A stretch of 64,000 bases of DNA from Malacoraja senta. Taxonomy: Eukaryota. How positions within the stretch are numbered: position 1 is the stretch's first letter; every line of letters begins with the position of its first letter. The DNA lies in assembly GCA_038087875.1 (NCBI GenBank), contig JAXLNO010000169.1:1-64000 (forward strand), read 5' to 3'. The notes under the pieces were generated by a model. The model saw nothing but the letters and a program-made list of their open reading frames with translations, did not search any database and was not told where the DNA came from. Positions 24,656 to 37,100 of this stretch are shown in pieces. A program made the position numbers and the translations under genes.

Positions 24656-27600
24656 ACTAACGCTGTTAATTATCTTCACTTTTTAGGCCGTCTGGTTTGG
24701 GTGTGATGTCGGCAAACAGTTTAGCAGCAAGCTTGGAATCAGCGACCCCAACATGTATGTATAAAACCGTGATAGAAAACTGCGATGCACTGATTAAAAA
24801 CACATTATTCCAACTATTAAATGAAAAGCAGCAATTGCAGAAACACTTAACGGGTGTTGGAGGCTTCAGGAGAGAAGTTGTGGAGAGGTCGGTGTGACAA
24901 TCGACATGATGGCGTGACCAGCAGTCAATGAGCGTGAGGGGGGAGGGGAAGACAATGGGGACTCGGCGTGGGGGGGCCGCCATGAAAAACACGGGAAGAT
25001 ATTATAGGAAAGATGTTGTCAAGCTTGAAAGGGTTCAGAAAAGATTTATGAGGATGTTGCCAGGACTAGAGGGTGTGAGTTATAGGGAGAGGTTGAGTAG
25101 GCTGGGTCTCTATTCCATGGAGCGCAGGAGGATGAGGGATCTTATAGAGGTGTACAAAATCATGAGAGGAATAGATCGGGTAGATGAACAGAGTCTTTTG
25201 CCCAGAGTAGGTGAATCGAGGACAATAGACAATAGGTGCAGGAGTAGGCCATTTGGCCCTTCGAGCCAGCACCGCCATTCAATGTGATCATGGCTGATCA
25301 TCCCCAATCAGTACCCCGTTCCTGCCTTCTCCCCATATCCCCTGACTCCGCTATTTTTAAGAGCCCTATGCTCTTGAAAGCATCCAGAGAACCTGCCTCC
25401 ACCGCCCTCTGAGCCAGAGAATTCCACAGACTCACCACTCTCTGTGAGAAAAAGTCTTTCCTCGTCTCCGTTCTAAATGGCTCTGTTCTAAATCTAAGCC
25501 TTTCACTGTTCGGTAAGTTTCAATGAGGTCCCCCCTCATTCTTCTAAACTCCAGCGAGTACAGGCCCAGTGCCGACAAAAGCTCATCATAGGTTAACCTA
25601 CTCATTCCTGGTTTGTTGACCTTGATGGATCTGCCCGGCGGCCCTTGATTTGTAGTGATGTTTTTGCAGTGAAAGGAAATACAGTAAATGCCTGCATGGC
25701 ACACGCACAATAGAAGGCATTGTTCGGTCGGAGATTAGCACGTTCATGTTGGAGTCTACCACTTGCACATTTGCTTCTGTGTACTTTGATTCGCGGAAGT
25801 AGGTGCGGTCTTGTAAATCTGTTTGAGTTGCCCATCGTAAAACCAGAGGCTTGGAGCTCAGCATGAATTCCGCGGCTAATTTATCTTCTGTGTCTTTGAA
25901 ATCGAATTCCATGTCCAAGGTTTCTCTGGGTTTCTCCAAAATGCACATTATTGTTGATTACATCGTTATCTGTTTAATTTGACCAATTATTTTTGAATGG
26001 TTGCTTTCAAACTTCAGAGATACAGCATGGTAACCAACCTTTGATTAAATGGTGGAGCAGATCCAATGGGCCAAATTATCTCATTCTGCTCTTATGTTTA
26101 GGTTAGTTTAGAGATGGTGGGGAAACAGGCCCTTTGGCCCACACCGACCAGCGATCATCCCATACACTAACACTATCCTACACACACTAGGAACAATTTA
26201 CAATTTTTACCAAAGCCAATTAACCTTCAAACCTGCACGTCTTTGGAGTGTGGGAGGAAACTGGAGCACCCGGAGAAAACCCACGCAGGTCACGGGGAGA
26301 ACGTACAAACTCCGTGCAGACAGCAACTGTAGTCGGGATGGAACCCGGGTCTCTGGCGCTGTGAGACAGCAACTCTAACGCTGCGGCACCGTGTACTTTG
26401 ATTCACAGAAAAGGGTGCGGTCTTTTAAATCTACAAACATTAATTGTGCCCATCGTAAAACCCGAGACTTGGAGCTGAGCAAGAAGGCCCTGGCTAATTT
26501 GTCCTCTGTGTCTTTTAGATCTAATTCCGTGTCGAGAATTATTTAAATAACTTTCCTTTTCTAAATTGCACGTTATTGTTGCTCACCTCATTGTTTGTTT
26601 AATTAGTTTTGATGTGTTTGAGTTCAGTTTAGTTTATTGTCACGTGCACTGAGGTAGAGTGGAAAGCTTTTTGCTTCGTGCTGTCCAGTCAGCGGAAAGA
26701 CAAAGATGATTACAATCGAGCCGTCCACATGTGTACAGATACAGGATAAAGGGAGTAACGTGAATAATGTTTAGTGCAAGGTAAAGCCAGTAAAGTCCGA
26801 TCAAACATAGTCCGAGGGTCGCCAATGAGGTAGATAATAGCTCAGGACTGCTCTCCAGTAGGTATTTGAAGTGGGCATTATTGCCGATTCTTTTTGAGAT
26901 GGGGAGACAGCAGGAAAATGGAGTTGAGAGGGAGAGATAGATCAGCTGTGATTGAATGCCGGAAAAAACTTGATGGACTGAATGGCCTAATTTTGCTCCT
27001 ATCACATGAGCTTATGGTGAATCTGTGGAATTCTTTGCCTCAGACGGCTGTGGAGGCCAAGACAATGGATATTTTTAAGGCAGGGATTGACAGATTCTTG
27101 ATTAGTGCGGGGGCAGAGGTTATGGGGAGAAGGCAGGAGAATGGGGTTAGGAGGGAGAGATAGATCAGCCATGATTGAATGGTGTTGTAGACTCGATGGG
27201 CCAAATGGCCTAATTCTGCTCCTATCACTAATAAAGTTATAGGATGTGGGTCAGATGCAGGCCAGTGGGACTAGTCAAGGCAGTGGATTGCATGGATGTG
27301 TTGGGTTGAAGGGCCTCTTGTTTCAGAAAAGCTCCTTGACTGCAACAAAGTAGAGTAAAAGGTTTTTAAATAAAAGACTCAGTGAGTCACAAAATGTACA
27401 ATTAAAAATGATGTTGTTTTTCATTAAATCACTAAACTAATTATGAGGACAGCAAACTTCAAAGACCATTCATAAACCAGACTCAATTAGTGAAATATCA
27501 TTCTCAATTTAATATTTCTGTAATGGTCAGCATATTACCACTTGCCATTTCAATAAGGTTCCTTAAAGCCTCTCATAACATGGAAACATAGAAACATAAA

Positions 27601-28189
27601 AAAAATAGGTGTAGGAGAAGGCCATTTGGCCCTTTGAGCCAGCACCGCCATTCAATATGATCGTGGCTGATCATCCAAAATCAGTACCCCGTTCCTGCTT
27701 TCTCCCCGTATCCCTTGATTTATTTAGCCCTCAGAGCTAAATCTAACTGTATCTCGAAAACATCCAGTGAATTGGTCTCCACTGCCTTCTGTGGCAGAGA
27801 ATTCCACAGATTCACAACTCTCTGGGTGGAAAAGTTTTTCTCTATACACTGATGTCGTACAAATCCTCCCCAAAGCTGACTTCAGCTGAGAATCTCCCCC
27901 CTGTGCTCTAAAATAGACAGGGTTTTGAAACACAAAGTAAGCCAGGACCAGTGACATAGTCCGAAAATTAGCCCGGCCTTTCAAAACTGCTTAGAAAATA
28001 CATGAAAATAACTTGAAAATAACCAGAATCACGCAGTGAATTGTAGGGCTCTGGGGAGTGTTGTGGAGCAGAGGGATCTCGGAGTGCAGGTACAGAGTTA
28101 CCTGAAAGTGGCGTCACAGGTAGATACTGTAGGCAAACCACAGGGTGGTCGAAAAGCCTTTTGGCACATTGTACTCCATCGGTCAGAGT

Positions 28190-28870
28190 TTCAAGGTCAG
28201 TTCATTGTGACGTGAAATTCGAATTACCATACAGCTATACTAAACAACAAGCAACAAGTCACACAACTACATAAAAATTAACATAAACATCCCCCACAGC
28301 AGATTCCCCACATTCCTCACTGTGATGGAAGGCAATAAAGTCCAATCTTCTTACTGTTTATTCTCCAGCGGTCGGGGCTGTCGAACCATCTGCAGTCGGG
28401 GCGATCGAAGCTCTCGCAGCCGGCGGTCGAAGCTCCCGCATCGGGGCGGTCGAAGCTCCTGCGGCTTGGAGTTCCCGTATTCGGTCTCTGACCAGAGACA
28501 GCAAGCTCCGTGATGGGGAGTAAGCACCAGCGGCGGAGTTCAGAGGTCGATCCCTGGCAAAGGGATTGCAAGCTCCGCGATGTTAAAGTCCTGTAGGCTC
28601 CCCATGGTGGAGCTCTTGAAGTCGGTCTCCAGCAGAGGCCGCCAACTCCTCGATGTTAGGCCGCAGTGCGGACAGAGATGCGATACGGAAATCGCATCTC
28701 CGTCGAGGTAAGAGATTAGAATTTTTTTACCCCAACCCCACCCCCCCACCCCACATAAAACAAGCTGAAGAACACTAAAAACATACATTTAACACATTCA
28801 AACAAACAACAATGCAGGAAGGGACAGACAGACTGTTGGCGAGGCAGCCAATGCTGGCGCCACCCAGTGG
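28190..28870 (-). mobile_element. GC-rich non-autonomous retroposon related to 11298-12156
   Basis: Shared 3' segment (GCCTTCCATCACAGTGAGG...GGATGTTT...TATAGCTGT) and similar 5' layout; internal CGGTCGAAGCTC repeats. Confidence 0.65.
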
Positions 28871-29039
28871 AGGTCAGAGTTTTGCGTAAAGACTGGAGTG
28901 TGTGTGTGTGTGTATGTGCGTATTTGTGTACGTATATAAGAATATATATATACTTATATATTACACATAAGAAACTGCAGACACTAAGCCTCTATGGCAC
29001 TTAAATGTTTTGTTTTTGTCACGTGCACCGAGGTACAAT

Positions 29040-29575
29040 GAAAAGTATTTTTTTGGCATGGTATCCAGTCAGCGGAAAGACAATAAATGATTACACTCCA
29101 GCCGCCCACAGATACAGGATAAAGGGAATAACATTTAGTGCAAGATAAAATCTGATTAAAGATTGTCCGAGGGTCTCCCATGAGTTAGATGGGGGTCACT
29201 GCTGATGTGAGGCAGCAGCTCTACCAGCGTGTGTACAGGTGAATGGTAGTCGGCATGGATTTGGTGGGCCGAAGGGCCTGTTTCCACACTAAATCTGACG
29301 TCATCCATGCTATATGAGCGGCATGATGGCGCAGCGGTAGAGTTGCTGCCTCACAGTGCCAGGGAACCGGGTTCGATCCTGGCTGCAGGTGCTGTCTGTA
29401 TGGAGTTTGTACATTCTCCGTTTTCTCCCACATTCCAAAGTGCTCTGGTTTCCTCCCACATTCCAAAGACATACAGGTTTGTAGGTTAATTGGCTTCAGT
29501 ACAAATTGTAAATTGTCTCTGTTGTGTAGGATAGTGCTAGTGTATGGGATGATTGCTGGTTGGTCGGCATGGTTT
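29040..29575. repeat. Middle right arm of the inverted duplication
   Basis: Reverse complement of 7190-7730. Confidence 0.85.
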
Positions 29576-30055
29576 TGGTGGGCCGAAGGGTTTTATATTC
29601 CACACTGCATCTAATATCATGTATCTGTACACAGTGGACGGCTAGATGGTAATCATGTATTGTCTTTCTGCTTTCTGCTGACAGCCAACAAAAGCTTATC
29701 ATTGCACCTCAGTACACATGACATAAATTAAACTGAAGTCTAAAGTCAATTTCTAACCACTAAGTACTCCTTGTATGCACTGTTGCAGAATGCAATATCT
29801 TACACTGAAACCTTGGAGATTGGATTGTAATCGTGACCATGGGGTGAATCCCAGTGTATCTACTTCACTTGTAGTTGGCTGTCCAGGTCATTTTCCCATT
29901 GGACCCACTGAACATCTATGGTATTCCTACTCAGACTCAAACAGAAACTTTAATCTTAGACCCAGAGATAAGGAAGGGTAATGTGTGAAAACAAGAGATT
30001 TATACTTCCCCTTCCCCTTCCATATCTCCCCTCTCCTTCTCCCCTGACTCTCAGT

Positions 30056-30083
30056 CTGAAGAAGGGTCTCGACCCGAAACGTC
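30056..30083 (+). ncRNA. Minimal type I hammerhead ribozyme core in a Penelope-like repeat
   Basis: CTGAAGA-A-GGGTCTCGACCC-GAAA-CGTC with all core positions intact. Confidence 0.72.
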
Positions 30084-30519
30084 ACCCATTCCTTCTCTCC
30101 AGAGATGCTGCCTGTCCCGCTGAGTTACTCCAGCATTTTGTGCCTATCTTATGAATGATACTTAGTTGGACATTCTTCAGTGAAAAGATGATGCCAATTT
30201 TCAAAAGGTCGTGGATTCTACGTGCACATAGGAAGTGAGGGAGTCAGGAGATTAGTCAGTGCAATCAGTGGACTAATAACATAAGCAAAATAGTCAAGAT
30301 CAGAGCTGGGCTTCATCTGCATGGCACAGTTGTTTAAGATTAGATTAGTTTGTTTCCTTGATTTAATTAGCATTAATCAATCCATTGAAACAACATGTGT
30401 TGCAGAGAGAAAATACAGAAACAGGTGTGTTTTATTGTTAAGCAAGGCAGGGACAGACAATGTGTAGTTCCCTGTATAGTCAATGTTGGCTTTTGTTATC
30501 TGGACATGACTGGAAATGG

Positions 30520-30965
30520 GAACACACACGCACATGCACACACACGCACAACACGCACACACACATACACCCACAAACACACCCACACATGCACATGCAT
30601 ATGCACATGCACATGCACACAGCCCACATAAACAGGCACGCACATGCACACACGCACGCACATGCACACACGCCCACGCATGCACACATGCGCATACACG
30701 CACACGCACACACACACAGGCTCACACACACAGGCTCACATACACAGACTCACACACACACGCTCACACACACATACGCGCGCATACACACACATATTTA
30801 TACATACATTCACACATACAAATACATACATATGCACCCACACAGGTAAATATATCTGTGCGTGTATCTGGCTCTGTCTGTACCAGTCTGTCTTTTAGTA
30901 TCTGTCTGTCTCTGTGTGTATGTCTGCACACACACAGATATATATGTGTGTGTGTGTGTGTGTGA
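30520..30965. repeat. Degenerate CA-rich then TG-rich low-complexity tract
   Basis: Direct reading. Confidence 0.95.
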
Positions 30966-31929
30966 GTGTGGAGTGTTCACACAACGCGTGGACCTCTACA
31001 GTGGTGAACCCGATGATCTAAAACAGCCTATTTTGGATTTTATCATGTTTGCAGCCGACAATCCAGACCAGCAGAACGTAGTTTGGATCAAACTGCCCAC
31101 TTTCTGGACATCACGGCCCCACGTGTGGTTTGAACAGGCTAAAGCCCAGTTCCACATTCGCCAGATCACTGCCTACGCCACCAAACACTACTACGGTGGT
31201 CAGTGCGCTGGACCAGGTCACCGCTGGGCGACTAATCGGTTACCTTCGCCAACAGCACCAGCTGAAGGCAAGTACGAGGGCCTCAAAATGGTCTTCTTGC
31301 GCACTTTCGGTCTCAGCCGCCGCGACAGGGCAGCCAGACTCCTACACATGGATGGCCTAGGCGACCACACACCGACCGTGCTTATGAATGAAATGCTCGC
31401 CTTGATGGACGGACACACGACCTGCCTCCTGTTCAAACTGGTGTTCCTCGAGCAGATGCCTGATGACATTCGCCTGCTCCTCGCTGACGACTATTTCACA
31501 GACCTCAGCAGGCCAAACAACAGGGTAGAGCCAACATCAGCCGGGGGGCGGTGGTAGGCCTCGGCGGGCCAAGTGGCCGGTCCCAACCTCCACCGAGGCA
31601 CAGCAGTGAGGCCGGCCACGAGCGACGCCGGCAAAGGTACGTGGTGCTACTACCACCAAAGGTGGGGTTCCGTGTCCCATCGATGCCAACCTCCCTGCAC
31701 GCATCCGGGAAACGCCTCGGCTGGCCGCCAGTAGTGGCTGCTGCGGCAGGACAGAAGCATTGCCTCCTCTACACCTGGGACCGTAATTCGTGGTGGCATT
31801 TACTCGTGGACACGGGAGCAGAGGTCAGTGTCAGACGTACGTCCCACCCGCCCTCCAGGACTGCCAGTACGTCTTCCTTCGCCGCGATTCCCACCGTACG
31901 CCACTGCAAAGGCCTTACGAGGGACCTCG
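30966..31929 (+). mobile_element. Internally deleted Ty3/Gypsy LTR retrotransposon
   Basis: ...CTACA|GTGGTGAACCCGA resembles an LTR end plus PBS; gag-like IKLPTFWTSRPHVWFEQAKAQF with frameshifts; protease LLVDTGAEVS joined directly to the integrase C-terminal YVFLRRDSHRTPLQRPYEGP. Confidence 0.85.
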
Positions 31930-34146
31930 TAATATATATATCTCTGCCTTAAAAATATCCACTGACTTGGCCTCCACAGCCCTCCATGGCAATGTGTCTA
32001 TGCGTAGGAAGGAACTGCAGATGCTGCTTTATAACAAAGATAGACATAAAATGCTGGAGCCTTGGTATAAAGCAGCATCTGCTGTTCCTTGTTCTTGAAA
32101 ATAAAAGGGTGTCAGAGAAAGGAGATTAAGAAGGCTCTTGACCCGAAACGTCACCTATAGCTTCTCTCCAGAGATGCTGCCTGTCCCGCTTAGTTACTCC
32201 AGCATTGTGTGTCTATCTTTGGAGATTGTTGGACTTATTGGCAAACCTCAGCAGAGAAAGAGTTAATATTAGACCAGAAATATTAGTTTTGTTTCTCTCC
32301 CTCAGTTTCCGAGTGCTTTGCTTTCATCCAAGCACTTGTGTTTCTGAAAATGCTTAGAAGAAAAAAAAAGTTAACAAAACATTTGTAATCTTGATCTCTT
32401 TTTAAAAGATTAAAAGCCAATTGAAAAAGCACTCTTGGCTTCAGATGAAAAGCTTTGAACAAACCAGTGCAGGTGGATTTCAGGGAAGAAAACAGCATGT
32501 TGAATTTAACATAAACAACCAAGAATTGTTCATTCAACACTTTGACCAAAACTACTCTAAAAACAGACTCATTGACCCATTGGAGACTTTTGTGCCTTTA
32601 GAATTAACTGACCGGCTGATTCTTTATTTCCTTCATAACAAGAACACCCTTTTGAGTTTAGTTTAGTTTTATCGTTTACCGAAGATAGACACAAAATGCT
32701 GGAGTAACTCAGCGGAACAGGCAGGATCTCTGGAGAGAAGGAATGGGTGACGATTCTGGTCGAGACCCTTCTTCGAGTCACCCATTCTTTCTTTCTAGAG
32801 ATGTTGCCTGTTCCGCTGAGTGACTCCAGCATTTTGTGTCTATCTTCGGTGTAAACCAGCATCTGCAGTTCCTTTCTACCCTATACTATGCTAGGGGCAA
32901 TATTTTAACATTTACACCAAGCCAATTAACCTACAAACCTGTGTGGGTGGAAACTGAAGATCTCAGAGAAAACCCACGGGGAGAACGTACAAACTCCGTA
33001 CAGGCAGCACCCGTAGTCAGATGGAACCCAGGGTCTCTGGCGCTGTGAGGCAGCAACTCTACCGCTGCGCCGCCGTGCCGCCCTTTTGAATGAGCTCAAT
33101 TCATAAATTAGATTGCCACAAATTTTAAAGAGGAAATGAACATTTTAATTATTCGCCCATGAGGACAAAGACGGCACAGTTTTAAGGTGAGAGGGGCAAA
33201 ATTAAATGGAGATTTGAGGGGGCAAGTTTTATTCCCCCCCCCCCCCCCCCACACACAGAGGGTGCTGGAACGCCCTGACCCTGAAGATGATAGAAATACA
33301 AATTATCATCTGTGATGATAGACAGATGAGAGACCTCAGTCGTCTGAAGAAGGGTCCCAGCCCAAAACATTACCCATCCAGTTTGGATCCTTTCCCCCCT
33401 CACCTTAAACTTATAAGTTCATGTCCATAAGTGATAGGAGCAGAATTAGGCCATTCGGCCCATCAAGTCTACTCCTCCATTCAATCATGGCTGATCTATC
33501 TCTCTGTCCTAACCCCATTCTCCTGTCTTCTCCCCATAACAATGGACACCCGTACTAATCAAGAATCTTTTCTATCTCTGCTTTAAAAATATTAATTGAC
33601 TTGGCCTCCACAGCCTTCTGTGGCTTCTGTATATCCTCTGGTTCGCAATTGCCCCAATCTGGGCAAGATACTCTGTGCATCTACACTATCTATTCCCCTC
33701 ATGATGTTATACACCTCTATAAGATCACCCCTCATCCTCCTGTGCTCCAAGGAATAAAGTCCTAGCCTGCTCAACCTCTCCCTATAGCTCAGGCCACTTG
33801 AGTCCTGGCAACATCCTCGTGAATCTTCTCTGCACCCTTTCCAGCTTGACAACATCTTTCCTACGCATTGATTTAATTACCTCGGGTGAAGATCACTTTC
33901 ATTACTTGCGATCTGTTTCACAGATGACCTGTGTAAATGTCCTAAATAGAATACTTCAAAAACTTGAAAACATGGGCAGTATGCTGGCACAGCGGTAGAG
34001 TTGCTGCCTCATAGCGTCAGAGACTTGGGTTTGATCCTGACTACGGATTTCCTCCCACACTCCGGTTTCCTCCCACACTCCAAACGTACAGGTTCGTAAG
34101 TTCATTGGCTTGGTATAATTGTAAATTGTCCCTAGTGTGTGTAGGA

Positions 34147-37100
34147 ATCAAATACACAGGACAAGATGTTAAGAAGTCCCTTGTGCCAATAGGTGGGGAG
34201 CATTTCACGACATTCGTTGATTGTTGAGAGTGGTAGACGCTCAACATCGGGGGGGGGGGTGGGGGGGGTAACCTTCAGGACAGTTGGGCACAGGACACAT
34301 CATCAGTAGTGTACCCTTGCATCACTGGGTGTTTCGGCCTTTTAACACTATACACCCTCCACAAGGGCGGCCCGCTGCAGGATGATCAACCCTCAGCGCA
34401 TGTCCCGTGTCAAACCGTCCCAAAGATTCACCCCGACATACTTGGGGCCCAGCATGGGTCTTTCCGCTTGAGCCAAATCCACCGGCTGCTTCTTTCAGCC
34501 GCCTCTGAGAGTGATCTTATGGTCTTCCGCAGAGCCTGACCGTGGATTCCAAGCTCCTTCAGCAGTCTGATGGTAGATGACGCAACAAATCCTCTGCATC
34601 CCACTTCAACTGGATAGACTTTGGTGTTCCAGCCACGCTGCGTTGCCTCTGCTGCAAGCTCTGCGTAGCGCAGCTTCTTACGCTCATAGGCCTCCTCAAC
34701 AGAGTTCTCCCATGGAACTGTGAGCTCTATGATGTAAGCAGTCTTCTGTGAAGGGGACCAGAACACCAAGTCTGGCCTGAGGGTGGTGGAAGCAATTTCA
34801 GGTGGAAAAATTAGTTGTCGGCCGATGTCCGCCAGCATCCTCCAGTCACGGGCCCTGCATTGGCTTCCTTCTTCTGATCTGGTGGAAGGAAGTTTAGAAG
34901 TTTTCTGTCCTTCTCGGACAAAGGTTATTCCCCTTAGGGGAGGGTTGCTTGCTCTCGGAGGCAAGGAGTTGGTCGCACACCGCCTGTTCTCAAGGGCTGA
35001 TGCCAGGCTTTTTAGTACCTGATTATGCCGCCACGTGTATCTCCCTTGCGTGAGGCTGGTCTTGCAGCCTACCATGATGTGTTTGAGGGTCGCTGGAGTT
35101 GGGCAGATGGCACAGGTTGGATCCTCGCCGTACCACTGATGGAGGTTCTTTGGTGATGGAAGCACGTCATATGTCGCTCTGATGATGAAGCTGATCTTGC
35201 TTGCTTCCATTTCCCATAGTTCTTTCCAGCTGATCTTCCTCCGCTCCACACCTTCCCACTGCATCCATTGCCCCTGCTTGGCAAGAGAGACCGCCTTTGC
35301 ACTTCTTGCGGCCTCCTCCTGTCGCCGCACCTCCTCAACCACCAACGTCCTCCGCTCTGATGTTGTGGCCTTTCGCCAAGTTGGTTTACTTGTCGTAAGG
35401 CCAAAGCCTCCTCTTCCCTGCTGGACTTGCCCCACTATGTCTTTGTGCCTCAGGGCTGATGAAGCTTGCTGTACTGCATCAGATGGTGTCCACTTCCGGC
35501 CAGTTGCTAGGGGCGGCGCAACAGCACTGATGATCTTGTCTCTAGAGTCCCTCAGTGTCATCTGGAGTCTTACTTTAGAACACTTATATTCCTCTGTTAG
35601 ACTAGTGAGAGGTAGTTCCAGGACCCCTTTGCCATAGAGGCCGATGTTAGTTAGACATCGTGGGACACCGAGCCATTTCTTCACGTATGAAGTTATGGTT
35701 CGCTCCATCTTCTCCACAGTTGTTATTGGGGCTTCATAAACGGTCAGTGGCCACATTGTCCGAGGAAGGAGTCCAAACTGTAGGCACCAGAGCTTCAGTT
35801 TCCCAGGCAGTAGGGTCTGATTGATGTTCTCCAGTCCATTGACAATTTCTTGCCTTAGTTGTTGCACCTGCTCTTTGTCCTTGAGACTTGCGTTATACCA
35901 TCTTCCCAGGCTTTTAACTGGCTGCTCAGACACTGTTGGTATTGGGTCGTCACCAATACAGAACCTTGTGTCTCTAAGCACCCCCTTGACTATGGAGATG
36001 CTTCGAGATTTACTTGGTTTGATTTTCATTCGGGCCCACTTGATGTTCTCCTGCAGCTTTCCAAGTAGCCGCTTGGTGCATGCTGCAGTAGTGGTTAGTG
36101 TTGTCATGTCGTCCATGTATGCCCTGATGGGTGGCAGACGGAGCCCAGCCCTGGTTCGTTCACCGCCCACCACCCATTTTGAGGCCCTGATGATGACTTC
36201 CATGGCCATTGTAAAGGCCAAGGGTGAGACTGTGCAGCCTGCCATGATGCCTACTTCCAAGCGCTGCCATGTTGTACTGAAGTCAGCTGTTGTGAAGCAC
36301 AGCTGCAGGTCTTGGTAATATTTCTTGACCAGTGTGGTGATGAGCTCTGGTACATGGAAAAAGGCAAAAGATTCCCAAAGGAGTTCATGGGGAACTGAAC
36401 CAAATGCATTGGCCAGATCGAGGAAGATCACATGTAGGTCTCTCTTGTCCTTCTTAGCTGCTTGGATCTGGTGCCAGATCATGCTTGTATGCTCCAAGCA
36501 ACCCGAAAATCCTGGAATTCCTGCTTTCTGTACAGATGTATCAATGTACTTGTTTGTTACCAGATAGGTGGACAGCCTTTGTGATACAATGCTAAAAAAG
36601 ATTTTTCCCTCGACGTTGAGGAGACATATTGGCCGGAATTGGCTGATGTCTGACGAATCCTTTTCTTTAGGTATTAGCACGCCGCCGGCCCTTCGCCAAG
36701 CCTTTGGTATTGTTTGCTTCTTCCACACCACCCTCATGAGCTTCCATAGAAAGCGTAACACATCTGGTGCGTTCTTATAGAGCTTGTATGGTACTCCGTT
36801 TGGCCCCGGAGCTGAAGCTGCTCTTGCTCGCCGGACCGTGTTCTCCACCTCTTTCCATCTCGGAGGGCTGGTGTCCATGTTGAATTCAGGTGGTTGAATA
36901 GGCGGGATGTCATGTGGGATGACCAACTGCTCATGCCTTTTCGTGTCTTTGTGGGCCTTTTCCAGGTGTTCCTCCAATTCCTGTTTTGATGTTTTCAAAG
37001 TTCCACTTTTTTCCTTTGCGAAGAGGTCTTTGATGAACTTGAAAGGGTCTTTATAGAACCGTGTTCTTGTGTGTTCTTTCTTCTTGCGAAGTTTCCTCAA

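Noticed and set aside
32421..32666. 81-aa ORF in non-repeat DNA
   Set aside because: No recognisable domain or convincing splice pair.
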